A stretch of DNA of 37,466 nt from Deltaproteobacteria bacterium (GTDB lineage Bacteria > Desulfobacterota > Desulfobulbia > Desulfobulbales > VMSU01): the NCBI GenBank assembly GCA_021789795.1, contig JAJYJA010000001.1:1-37466 (forward strand), written 5' to 3'. Below are positions 15,054-23,427 of the stretch, one piece after another. The notes under the pieces are model-generated. The model was given only the letters and a program-made list of their open reading frames with translations. It had not been told where the DNA came from and did not search any database. The number at the start of each line of letters is the position of its first letter. Position 1 is the stretch's first letter. Made by a program: the position numbers and the translations under genes.

Positions 15054-17699
15054 CTATTCGCCGGCCCCCACCGTCACCTGAACGTAACTCTCCGGCCGGA
15101 TGTACCTGGCCGCCGCCTGTCGCACCTCCTCCGCCGTCACCTGGCCGATGGCCGCCAGGTAGCGGTTGCCGAAGTCCTGGCCCAGGCCGTAGGTCTCGCT
15201 CAAGGCCAGATCCAGGGCCTGGGCGCTGTTGGTTTGCAGGCCCAGATCGTAGTGCCCGGCCAGCAGCCCCTTGGCCTTCTCCAGTTCCTCCACGCTTAGG
15301 GGCTCGGCCCGCACCCGCTCAAGTTCCCGCCACAGGGAGGCGATGGCCTCCGCCCGCTTGTCCGGGCTGGTGCCGATATAGACCCCGAAGGAGCCGGTGT
15401 CCAGGCCCAGCAGGGTGAAGGACGACAGGCTGTAGGCCAGTCCCTGCCGGTCGCGCAACTGACGGAAGAGCCGGCCGCTCTGGCCGCTCAAGGCGGTGTC
15501 TAAAAGCTCCAGGGCATAACGATCCGGGCCGGTGAGGGTGGGGCCGATAAAGCCGATGACGATGTGCACCTGCTCCTTGTCCTGGGGCCGATGCACCAGC
15601 CGCGGCGGATGCGGGGCGGCGGGCGGGTTGATCCTCGGGGGCGCCAGACCATCCGCCGCCGGCCGCCATTGGCCAAACAGGCGACTGGCCCGTTCGTGGG
15701 CCTCGCTGGCCTTGATGTCGCCGGCCACCGCCAGCACCAGCCGCTCGGGCCGGGCATGCCGGAGATAGATGTCCCGCAACTCCGGGGCGGAGAAGGCGGC
15801 GATCGCCTCCGCCGCGCCCAAGCCATTCAAGGCGTAGGGATGCTCTTGAAACAGGGCCCGGTTGAACTCGACAAAGGCGGTGGCGGTCAGGGAATCCCGC
15901 TGCTGCCTTAAGGCCGCCAGCCGCTCGGGCCGGATCTTGTCCGCCTCCTGGGGGTCGAAGGCGGGGGTGGTCAGCACCTCGGCCATCAACTCCAGACCCT
16001 CGCCGAAGAAACGGGACAGAAAGGCCGCCTTGAGGCCGAAGGTATTTTTCCCCGCGAACCCGGAGAGGTCTCCGGCCATGTCGGCGATCTTGAGCGACAG
16101 CTCCCGGGCGTTCACCCTGGCGCTGCCCTTGGGCAGCAGGTCGGCGATAAAGGCAAAGGCGCCGTTGCTCTCCAGGCCTTCGGCCATCAGCCCGCCGGGG
16201 AAGACCGCCTGGATGGCCACCGTCGGCACCTGGGGCTCCTCCCGCACCAGCAGGGTGATCCCGTTATCCAGGGTGAAGCGGTGGACGTTGCCGAGGTAGG
16301 AGTCAATCAGCGAGGCCTCAGCTTCGGACTGCCCCCTGCCCTCCGTCCGGGCGATGCTGGCCAGCAGTTCTTCCTGGCCGAGGTCTAGGTCGGCCTCCCT
16401 GGGGAGAAGACAGCCCACGGTGAGGCGGCGGGGGTCGCAGTACCGGCGGGCCACCCGCTCCAGATCGGCCACGCCTACCGCCCGAATCCGTTCGAGATAG
16501 GCGTCCTCCCGCGGGTCGCCGGTCAACAGCTCAAACGAGCCCAGCACCCGGGCCTGGCCCTCGACCTTCTCCAGATTGAAGACAAAATCGCTCTCCAGGT
16601 TGCGTTTCACCCGCTCCAGCTCCCGCTCCTCCACCGGGATTAAGCGCAAGCGGGCCAATTCCGCCAGGCAGGAGTCGATGGCGGCCTTGATCTGCCCGTG
16701 CTCCAAGGTGGCGACAATCTGCAACAGGCCGGGATATTTGGGGGTAAAGGCCCAGGCGCGGATGCCGTACACCAGGCCCTGTTCGTCGCGCAGTCGCTGG
16801 TATAGCCGCGAGGCGTCGCCCTGTCCCATGACCCCGGCCAGGACATCAAGGGCCGGGGTGTCGGGGTGGTCGAAGGCCGGGATGGGGAAGATCAGGGCCA
16901 GCTGCGACTGGTTGACCGCCTCCCGCAAGGCGAAGATCCGAGGCTCCTGGGGCCAGGGTTCCTCGGGGAGCACGGCGGCCTCGCCCCCCTGGGCGGGCAG
17001 GTGGGAGAAGATCTGCGCCACCTGGGCCAGGGCCTCCGGATGGGGAAGGTCGCCCACCAGCACCACGGTGAAGTTTGCGGGCCGGTAATGCCGGGCCAGG
17101 TAGCGCAGGATGTCCTCCCGGCGGAAGGCGGCCACGGACTCGCGGCTACCGATCACCGGCAGCCGGTAGGGATGGCGGGCGTAGGCGTGACTCATGGTGG
17201 CGTCGAAGAACTTCACCTCCGGCCGGTCGGCGCGCATCCCGATCTCCTCCAGCACCACCAGCTTCTCCCGTTCGAGTTCCTGTTCGTCGAAGACCGAGTT
17301 GAGCACCGCGTCGGCCAGCACCGTAAGCGCCGTCTGCCACTCCCTGACCGGCAGGGTGGCATGATAGACGGTGTGCTCGAAGGAGGTGTAGGCGTTGATC
17401 TGCCCGCCCCGCTCCTCGATGGCGGCGGCCACCTCGCCCGGCCCCCTGATCTTGGTGCCCTTGAAGATCATGTGCTCGATCAGGTGGGTGATGCCGCCCT
17501 CGTCCGGACCCTCGTAGATGCTGCCCGCCCGCACCCAAATTTGGACGGTGGCCACCTTGACCCCCGGCGTCTCCTTGACCAGCACGGTCAGACCGTTGGC
17601 CAGGGTGTCTTTGTAGAGGCGGGGCTTGAGCTGCCGGACGCCGGGGCTGATGGTGGTCATGTTTTCCACGGTGGTCTGGTCGTTGGCCGATCGACTCAT
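15054..17699 (-). CDS. Tandem M16 (pitrilysin-family) zinc peptidase, two M16 units fused
   Basis: HxxEH motif in GGITHLIEHMIFKGT and a second, inactive-type M16 half. I place the start at ATG 17699 (MSRSANDQ), which forms an ATGA overlap with the lgt stop. The upstream 148 codons of the 1029-aa ORF overlap lgt out of frame and are Arg/Pro-rich. Confidence 0.85.
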   Translation of the reverse strand: MSRSANDQTTVENMTTISPGVRQLKPRLYKDTLANGLTVLVKETPGVKVATVQIWVRAGSIYEGPDEGGITHLIEHMIFKGTKIRGPGEVAAAIEERGGQINAYTSFEHTVYHATLPVREWQTALTVLADAVLNSVFDEQELEREKLVVLEEIGMRADRPEVKFFDATMSHAYARHPYRLPVIGSRESVAAFRREDILRYLARHYRPANFTVVLVGDLPHPEALAQVAQIFSHLPAQGGEAAVLPEEPWPQEPRIFALREAVNQSQLALIFPIPAFDHPDTPALDVLAGVMGQGDASRLYQRLRDEQGLVYGIRAWAFTPKYPGLLQIVATLEHGQIKAAIDSCLAELARLRLIPVEERELERVKRNLESDFVFNLEKVEGQARVLGSFELLTGDPREDAYLERIRAVGVADLERVARRYCDPRRLTVGCLLPREADLDLGQEELLASIARTEGRGQSEAEASLIDSYLGNVHRFTLDNGITLLVREEPQVPTVAIQAVFPGGLMAEGLESNGAFAFIADLLPKGSARVNARELSLKIADMAGDLSGFAGKNTFGLKAAFLSRFFGEGLELMAEVLTTPAFDPQEADKIRPERLAALRQQRDSLTATAFVEFNRALFQEHPYALNGLGAAEAIAAFSAPELRDIYLRHARPERLVLAVAGDIKASEAHERASRLFGQWRPAADGLAPPRINPPAAPHPPRLVHRPQDKEQVHIVIGFIGPTLTGPDRYALELLDTALSGQSGRLFRQLRDRQGLAYSLSSFTLLGLDTGSFGVYIGTSPDKRAEAIASLWRELERVRAEPLSVEELEKAKGLLAGHYDLGLQTNSAQALDLALSETYGLGQDFGNRYLAAIGQVTAEEVRQAAARYIRPESYVQVTVGAGE

Positions 17700-18472
17700 T
17701 GCTGACGCCGACGGATGAGGAGGGCGAGCGCCAGGCCGGCGGCGATCATGCCCAGACTTAGGATCTGACCCATGGTGAAGACCCCGATGAAGCCGATCTG
17801 GGGGTCGGGCTCGCGGAACAGCTCGGCCAGGATGCGGAAGACGCCGTAGGCGATCAAGAACAGGGCCAGCATGGCGCCCGGCCGGTGGGGCCGGTCCTTG
17901 GCCCGCCACAGGATCAGGAAGAGGAGCACCCCCTCCAGCAGGCACTCGTAAAGCTGGGAGGGATGCCGGGGGTGGGGGCCGCCGGTGGGGAAGATCATCG
18001 CCCAGGGCACGTCGGTCTCCCGGCCAAACAGCTCGCCGTTGATGAAGTTGCCCAACCGGCCCAGTCCCAGGCCGATGGGGATGGTCACCACGTAGATGTC
18101 CGCCGTCTTCCAGAAGTCGAGGCCCCGGGAGGCACAGAACCATACCCCGCCCAGGATGACCCCGATCAAGGCCCCGTGAAACGACATCCCCCCCTGCCAG
18201 GTGGCCGGGATTTCGGCGGGATGATCGAGGTAGTAGGGCAGGTTGTAGAACAGGACGTAGCCCAACCGCCCCCCCAGAATCAGGCTGAGCAACAGGGTGA
18301 AGTTCAGGTTCTCGAAGTGGCTGGCCAGATGGGTGTCGCCGCTGCGCTCAATCTGACGGCGCACCAGACCGTAGGAGGCCACAAAGCCCAGGACGTACAT
18401 CAGCCCGTACCAACGGATCCGCAGGGGGCCGAGCCGGACCAGCACCGGGTTGATGTGGGGATAGGGCAGCAT
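17696..18472 (-). CDS. lgt: Prolipoprotein diacylglyceryl transferase
   Basis: MLPYPHINPVLVRLGPLRIRWYGLMYVLGF, MSFHGALIG and LGRLGNFINGELFGR are Lgt signatures. Start chosen at ATG 18472 (the ORF extends to 18496). Confidence 0.92.
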   Translation of the reverse strand: MLPYPHINPVLVRLGPLRIRWYGLMYVLGFVASYGLVRRQIERSGDTHLASHFENLNFTLLLSLILGGRLGYVLFYNLPYYLDHPAEIPATWQGGMSFHGALIGVILGGVWFCASRGLDFWKTADIYVVTIPIGLGLGRLGNFINGELFGRETDVPWAMIFPTGGPHPRHPSQLYECLLEGVLLFLILWRAKDRPHRPGAMLALFLIAYGVFRILAELFREPDPQIGFIGVFTMGQILSLGMIAAGLALALLIRRRQQ

Positions 18473-18536
18473 ATTCACCTCGTCTTTGCAAACCATGCTG
18501 GCTGGTTAAGGCCGCCGCCCCACCAACCTAAAATTC

Positions 18537-18693
18537 GTAACTATCCCGCCGCGCCCCATCTGCTTTGTCACCAGCCGGCTCACATGCCGAAAGTATAGCT
18601 CGCCGGCTGGTTTCGCGCATCTGGGGCGCGGCGGGATAGTTACGGTCCCCAGCCGGTGCCAATTATGCGGCACTAACTAAGCTGGATAGTTAC
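18537..18693 (+). mobile_element. MITE, long (two-module) form: 107-bp hairpin module plus 50-bp tail module
   Basis: GTAACTATCCCGCCGCGCCCCA (18537-18558) pairs perfectly over 22 bp with TGGGGCGCGGCGGGATAGTTAC (18622-18643). The inner 10-bp stem is ACCAGCCGGC/GCCGGCTGGT. The tail ends in a second GGATAGTTAC (18684-18693). Flanking octamers are TAAAATTC and TAAGATTC (7/8). Confidence 0.8.
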
Positions 18694-18915
18694 TAAGATT
18701 CCAAGTTATCCCCTCCATATAAACAAGAAGCCCGCGCCCGCCAACCGAAAAATCGCCGCCGGCCCTCGGAAGGCCCACGGCCTGGCCCCGCCCCTTGTCC
18801 GCCTAAGGGTGAAAATGCTGTTTATCGATGGCGGCAAATACGTTATAGTGCCATCCTTGGACAGGACAACTCGCCCAAAAAATCAGTTCATCAACAAGGA
18901 CAAGGAGAAAAAATA

Positions 18916-19245
18916 ATGAGCGATGACAAAGTGTTACACGTAAAGGATTCGACATTTGACACCGAGGTGCTTAATGGCCCCCTGCCCTGCCTGGTCGATT
19001 TCTGGGCCCCCTGGTGCGGGCCGTGCAAGGCCATCGGCCCGGTGATCTCCGAGCTGGCCGCCCAATTCGAGGGCCAGGTGGCGGTCGCCAAGATGAACGT
19101 GGACGACAGCCCGGCCACCCCCGGCAAGTACGGCATCCGGGCCATCCCCACCCTGATTCTGTTCAAGGGCGGCAAGGTGGTTGATCAGATCACCGGCGCG
19201 GTCGGCAAGACCCAGTTGCTGGCCATGATCCAAAAGGCCCTGTAA
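18916..19245 (+). CDS. trxA: Thioredoxin
   Basis: AGGAG RBS. WAPWCGPCK active site, 109 aa. Confidence 0.97.
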   Translation: MSDDKVLHVKDSTFDTEVLNGPLPCLVDFWAPWCGPCKAIGPVISELAAQFEGQVAVAKMNVDDSPATPGKYGIRAIPTLILFKGGKVVDQITGAVGKTQLLAMIQKAL

Positions 19246-19254
19246 GCCGCCCGC

Positions 19255-20220
19255 ATGACGGCTGAGCAACTCAGGACGGCGTCTGCCCCGGAGGGGCGTA
19301 TCCATCAGCTCGCCATCGTGGGCGCCGGGCCCGGCGGCCTGACCGCCGGGCTGTATGCCAGCCGGGCCCGGCTGGACGTGCTCCTGCTGGAGAAGGGCGC
19401 CGCCGGCGGCCAGATCCTGGTCACCGACCGGATCGACAACTATCCGGGGTTCGTCGAGGGCGTAAGCGGCTTTGAGCTGGCCGACAAGCTGACCGCCCAC
19501 GCCCAGCGGTTCGGACTGGAAATCGACTCCAAGACGGTGGCCAGCATGGACCTGGCCGCCGAGGTAAAGACCATCAACTGCGAGTGCGGCGCCGTCCTTG
19601 GTGCCCAGGCGGTAATCCTGGCCACCGGCGCCCGGCCCAACCACCTGGGGGTGCCGGGCGAGCGGGAGCTGACCGGCAAGGGGGTGTCCTACTGCGCCAC
19701 CTGCGACGGGCCGTTCTACCGCGGGCTCGACATCGCGGTGGTGGGCGGCGGCGACACCGCCCTACAGGAGGCGGTCTATCTCACCAAGTTCGCCCGGACG
19801 GTCACCGTGATCCATCGCCGGACCGAGTTTAGGGCCTCGCCGGTCATCCAGGAGGAGGCCCGGGCCAACCCCCAGATCCGCTTCCTGCTCGACACCCAGG
19901 TCGCCGCCATCCTGGGCGACACCCAGGTGAACGCCCTGCGTCTGCGCCACCGCGACGGCCGGGAGGAGACCCGCCCCCTGCAGGGGGTGTTCATCTTAAT
20001 CGGCATCACCCCCAACAACGAGATGTTGCCCCTGGATCAACTGACGCACCAACAGGGGTTCGTGGTCACCGACTGCCTGATGCGCACCAACCTGCCGGGG
20101 GTGATGGCGGTGGGCGACCTGCGCCACGACTCGGCCCGCCAGGTGATCACCGCCGCCGGCGACGGGGCGGTGGCGGTCAAGTCGGTGGAGGCCTATCTGG
20201 AAACCCTGCGCCGCCCCTGA
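19255..20220 (+). CDS. trxB: Thioredoxin-disulfide reductase
   Basis: IVGAGPGGLTAG FAD motif, redox-active CATCDG, second GGGDTA dinucleotide motif. Confidence 0.95.
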   Translation: MTAEQLRTASAPEGRIHQLAIVGAGPGGLTAGLYASRARLDVLLLEKGAAGGQILVTDRIDNYPGFVEGVSGFELADKLTAHAQRFGLEIDSKTVASMDLAAEVKTINCECGAVLGAQAVILATGARPNHLGVPGERELTGKGVSYCATCDGPFYRGLDIAVVGGGDTALQEAVYLTKFARTVTVIHRRTEFRASPVIQEEARANPQIRFLLDTQVAAILGDTQVNALRLRHRDGREETRPLQGVFILIGITPNNEMLPLDQLTHQQGFVVTDCLMRTNLPGVMAVGDLRHDSARQVITAAGDGAVAVKSVEAYLETLRRP

Positions 20221-20263
20221 GGAGGGGCGGCCTTAACCTTAAAGATCTACGGCGTCCCCGTTC

Positions 20264-20303
20264 AACCGCCGCCGGGATTGGACAGCATGTCGGGGCGGTT
20301 TTG
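20264..20303 (+). terminator. Probable intrinsic terminator of trxAB
   Basis: aaccgcc(g)ccg ... cggggcggtt form a stem of about 10 bp with one bulge, followed by ttttgctt. It begins about 44 nt after the trxB stop. Confidence 0.45.
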
Positions 20304-20314
20304 CTTAGCCATCG

Positions 20315-20468
20315 GTAACGCCAGCCGCGCCCCATCTGCTTGGTCACCAGCCTGCTCACCTGCCAAAAAAGTAAGTTCGGCAGACTGGTCTCGCGACTCT
20401 GGGGCGCGGCTGATATAGTTACGGTACCAAGCAGGTGCCAATGCTGCGGCACTCAGCTGGATAGTTAC
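20315..20468 (+). mobile_element. MITE, long (two-module) form, with a perfect 8-bp target-site duplication
   Basis: Same family and orientation as 18537-18693. AGCCATCG occurs at 20307-20314 and again at 20469-20476, immediately flanking GTAAC...GTTAC. Confidence 0.85.
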
Positions 20469-20520
20469 AGCCATCGGCTATCTTTTGCAAGATCATCAAC
20501 CTGTTGGGAGTCTGCGCGCT

Positions 20521-21351
20521 ATGGAGAGGGAAGGTTTGCTTGGCTGGCCAGAGGCTGGTAAAAAACTGGCCATATTGATATTTATGGCCTGCACCCTGGC
20601 CACCCTGCCGGGGTGCGCGACCCTGGACGGGGTCTTCTCCTTCTTCGGGGTCGGGGGCGGCAAATCGAAGCCCAGCACCCCGGATGGCCTATCCATGCAG
20701 GCCATGGACTATTTCGAAAAGGGCGAGTACAGCGACGCCTTGAAGATCTTCAACGACATCAAGGAGCGCTTTCCCTTTAGCGCCTACAGTATGCTGGCCG
20801 AGCTGAAGGCGGCGGACTGCAAGTACTACCTCAAGGATTATCCGGAGGCGGTCTCGCTCTACAAGGGGTTCGCGGACAATCATCCCACCAACGAGGCCCT
20901 GCCCTACGTCCTGTTCCAGATCGGCATGTCCTACTACCAGCAGATCGACACCATCGACCGCGACCCAGGGGCCGCGACCGACGCCATCACCGCCTTCGAC
21001 AAGCAGCTCAAGGCCTATCCCGACTCGCCCTACCGGGCCGAGGCCGCGGCCCGGCGCCAGGCGGCCTTGAATTTCCTGGCCAATCACGAGTACTACGTGG
21101 CCATGTTCTACATCCGCACCGAGGAGCCCCAGGAGGCGGCCTCCCGCTTGCAGTACCTGCTCGACACCTACCCCAAGACCTCCATCGCGGTCAAGGCACG
21201 GAAGCTGATGGCGGAGATCAAGGCCGGCCACCCGCCCACCCGCACCTGGCGGGACTGGATCCCCGATCTCTCCCTGCCCGACTGGCATACCTTCACCACC
21301 CTGACCCCCGCCGGGGTCAGCACCGCGGCGCCCTCTCCCACCGGGAATTAA
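20521..21351 (+). CDS. bamD: Outer membrane protein assembly factor BamD (YfiO-type TPR lipoprotein)
   Basis: Lipobox TLPGC after a hydrophobic stretch. TPR-like YFEKGEYSDALKIFNDIKERFPFS...YVLFQIGMSYY...AYPDSPY...HEYYVAMFY. Start set at ATG 20521 (the ORF opens at 20485). Confidence 0.85.
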   Translation: MEREGLLGWPEAGKKLAILIFMACTLATLPGCATLDGVFSFFGVGGGKSKPSTPDGLSMQAMDYFEKGEYSDALKIFNDIKERFPFSAYSMLAELKAADCKYYLKDYPEAVSLYKGFADNHPTNEALPYVLFQIGMSYYQQIDTIDRDPGAATDAITAFDKQLKAYPDSPYRAEAAARRQAALNFLANHEYYVAMFYIRTEEPQEAASRLQYLLDTYPKTSIAVKARKLMAEIKAGHPPTRTWRDWIPDLSLPDWHTFTTLTPAGVSTAAPSPTGN

Positions 21352-21484
21352 GTCCAGTTATCATTCAAAACCATACCTTGCTGGTCTCGTTACGAATGCT
21401 GGCCGGAAGGGTTCTGGTGAAGGGGGGCCGCCACCAGGCTATCGCTTGGCGAGCCCATCAAGGCGGGGCTTTATTTGCGGGTGA

Positions 21485-22051
21485 TTAGGGGCGCGGGAAT
21501 CTGGGGTTACCCCGGATGAAGGCCCGGGCCACCGAGCCGGGCAGCAGGTGATTGGCCGCCTGGCCGCCCAGGAGGAGGAAGTCGTCGTCGGGCAGGGTGT
21601 TTTTCACCGCCTGGGCCTTGACCAGTTCGTCTTTCAGGTAGGAGACCTGGAGGTTAAGGTCGTCGATCTCTCGCTGGTGGGCCAGGCATTGGTCGGCCAG
21701 GGACTTGTTCTCCCCGGCCAGGCGGCTTAGTTCGCCGTTTTTTTCCTCGATCAGCCGCTGGTGCTCGTGGCGCTCGATCATCTCGGGCCGGTCCTCGGGC
21801 GGCGGGGCGGCGGCGCTCTCCACCCTGGCGGCCAGACGCACCTGGCAGCCCTGCAACTCCTGCCTCAGCAGCTCGCACTCCTCTTCCCACTTGCGATTTA
21901 ACTCCTCGCTCGCCTGCTCACCCTTAGCACGCTGGGATTCCCCCAGGGCCAACAGCCGCCGACGTTCGCGCAGGAAACGTTCTTGCAGAAAGATGAGGGT
22001 GGTTCCCGTCCCCAGGCAGAGACCAAGGAGGACGAAGAGGATGGATTTCAT
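21485..22051 (-). CDS. Membrane-anchored coiled-coil protein, downstream partner of the MamK-like actin
   Basis: N-terminal TM MKSILFVLLGLCLGTGTTLIFL, then heptad-like charged helices (ELNRKWEEECELLRQELQ; EIDDLNLQVSYLKDELVKAQ). The start lies 12 nt after the upstream stop. Confidence 0.7.
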   Translation of the reverse strand: MKSILFVLLGLCLGTGTTLIFLQERFLRERRRLLALGESQRAKGEQASEELNRKWEEECELLRQELQGCQVRLAARVESAAAPPPEDRPEMIERHEHQRLIEEKNGELSRLAGENKSLADQCLAHQREIDDLNLQVSYLKDELVKAQAVKNTLPDDDFLLLGGQAANHLLPGSVARAFIRGNPRFPRP

Positions 22052-22063
22052 GGCGGGCCGGGG

Positions 22064-23110
22064 TTAGGCCTCGGGGCCGGAGAATCCTATTTTGTCCCAG
22101 TGCTCCGGCGGCAGGTCGAGGCCAAGCTTCAAGGCCCCGGCGCAGCCGGTGAAGTCCGGGTCATCGACGCAACTTACCTTCACCGGGCCGAAATCGCCCA
22201 ACTGCCGCTCCACCATGGCCGCGATGCCCTTGAGCCGCGAACCGCCCCCGGCCAGATAGATGTTCCTTAACACCTCCGGCTGGCTCTCCGGGTCGTACCC
22301 CTTCATGATGGCCACGATGTTCTCGACGATGTCCGGGACGATGCTCTCGCACACCGCCCGGATCTCGCGGGTCAAGTCGTACTCGGCGGGCTTGCCGTCC
22401 CGGCGCAGGGTCACCAGCACCGGGGCCTCGGGCTCGCCGACGAAGGCATATTGCTCCTTGATGGTGCGCACCAGGTTGCGGGTGATCTGCACGTCGTAGA
22501 ACTTCTGCTGAATGGCCGATTCCAGCCGTTCGTCGATGTAATCCCCCGCCTTCAGGGTGGTGATCTGATCCTTCTGGCCCGGCACCGAACCCTTGACCCC
22601 GCAGATATCCACCGTCCCGGCCCCGATATCGACGATGATGGCGTCGCTCAACTTGTTGATGGCGTAAGCGACCATAAAGGGCTCGGAGACGATCAGGGCG
22701 GTGGTCATCAACTCCCTGGCGAGCTGCAACAGCAGTTCCTTGTTGACGATCGAGGCCCGGGAGGGCACCCCGATGATCCCGGCCACCGGCACCTCGGCCC
22801 CCTGTTTCGCCTCGTTGACCACGTGCCGCAAAAGCTCCAGGGCGGCGGTGTAGTCCTTTTCGCTGCCCTCCCGGATCACCCCGTCTTCCAGGGGGTGGTA
22901 GAGGGTGAGGGCGGAGCGGTGCCTGAGGGCCTCGTCGCCGAACACCTGAGTCTTGCCTAATAATTTTATGCCTATTATATCCTTGGGATAGCCGACGATG
23001 GAGCGGGTGATCCCCTGGTATCCTCGACTGGACATCACCGCCGTGCGCGAGGTGCCGAGATCGACGCCGATGATGAGGGGTTCGTCTGTTGGGTATTGGT
23101 CGTCTGACAT
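22064..23110 (-). CDS. MamK-family bacterial actin (actin-like ATPase)
   Basis: IGVDLGTSRTAVMSSRG, VGYPKDIIGIKLLG, VSEPFMVAYA, IIVDIGAGTVDICG, TLKAGDYIDERL, KEQYAFVG, LAGGGSRLKGIAA, VSCVDDPDFTGCAGALKLG and LPPEHW match, block for block, the MamK sequence as I recall it. Confidence 0.85.
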   Translation of the reverse strand: MSDDQYPTDEPLIIGVDLGTSRTAVMSSRGYQGITRSIVGYPKDIIGIKLLGKTQVFGDEALRHRSALTLYHPLEDGVIREGSEKDYTAALELLRHVVNEAKQGAEVPVAGIIGVPSRASIVNKELLLQLARELMTTALIVSEPFMVAYAINKLSDAIIVDIGAGTVDICGVKGSVPGQKDQITTLKAGDYIDERLESAIQQKFYDVQITRNLVRTIKEQYAFVGEPEAPVLVTLRRDGKPAEYDLTREIRAVCESIVPDIVENIVAIMKGYDPESQPEVLRNIYLAGGGSRLKGIAAMVERQLGDFGPVKVSCVDDPDFTGCAGALKLGLDLPPEHWDKIGFSGPEA

Positions 23111-23335
23111 GATGCCGTCCTGTTTTTGATGGGAAAAAACCCAGGGTCACGACTTTGGTGGCGGGGCGGGGAGGGCCATCTTCCCTGCCAGGACGAACGG
23201 GAAAGGCCCGTCCCTGGGACAACTCGCACCCCTACGTTTAAGGTAAATACAATGGGGGCGCAAAGATTGTCAAGTGAATTGCGGGGTTGCTAGGCCCAAG
23301 GTTGACCGACTCGCCGCCTGGCCTGGGATAACCCT

Positions 23336-23364
23336 TTGACCAAGTGGCCCGTCCATGCTATGTT
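23336..23364 (+). promoter_or_regulatory. Candidate sigma70-type promoter of hemL
   Basis: TTGACC (23336-23341), a 17-nt spacer, then TATGTT (23359-23364), about 64 nt upstream of ATG 23428. Confidence 0.45.
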
Positions 23365-23427
23365 ACGGCGATTTTAAGACCCCGCGCCTGGAAGCCGGGC
23401 CGCAACCATTTCACGGAGACCTTCCTT

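Noticed and set aside
17700-18143. N-terminal 148 codons of the 1029-aa ORF (M16 peptidase).
   Set aside because: This segment overlaps lgt out of frame and is Arg/Pro/His-rich. An ATG at 17699 gives an ATGA junction with the lgt stop and a normal M16 N-terminus.
22064-23110. MamK homolog taken as evidence that this is a magnetosome gene island.
   Set aside because: No other mam or mad genes lie within the window. The flanking genes are core housekeeping (bamD, hemL), and there are no island boundaries.
22161-23222. 353-aa alternate-frame ORF on the same strand as the MamK-like gene.
   Set aside because: The Arg/Gly/Pro/His-rich translation resembles no family, while the overlapping frame encodes a full-length MamK-type actin.
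23344-23427. Upstream extensions of hemL (GTG 23344), hemA (34039-34098), the sirC-like gene (32293-32493), bamD (20485-20520) and lgt (18473-18496) given in the ORF track.
   Set aside because: The extensions lack family similarity. They would overlap promoters or neighbouring genes (the sirC-like extension overlaps yjbQ). Internal ATGs give canonical N-termini.
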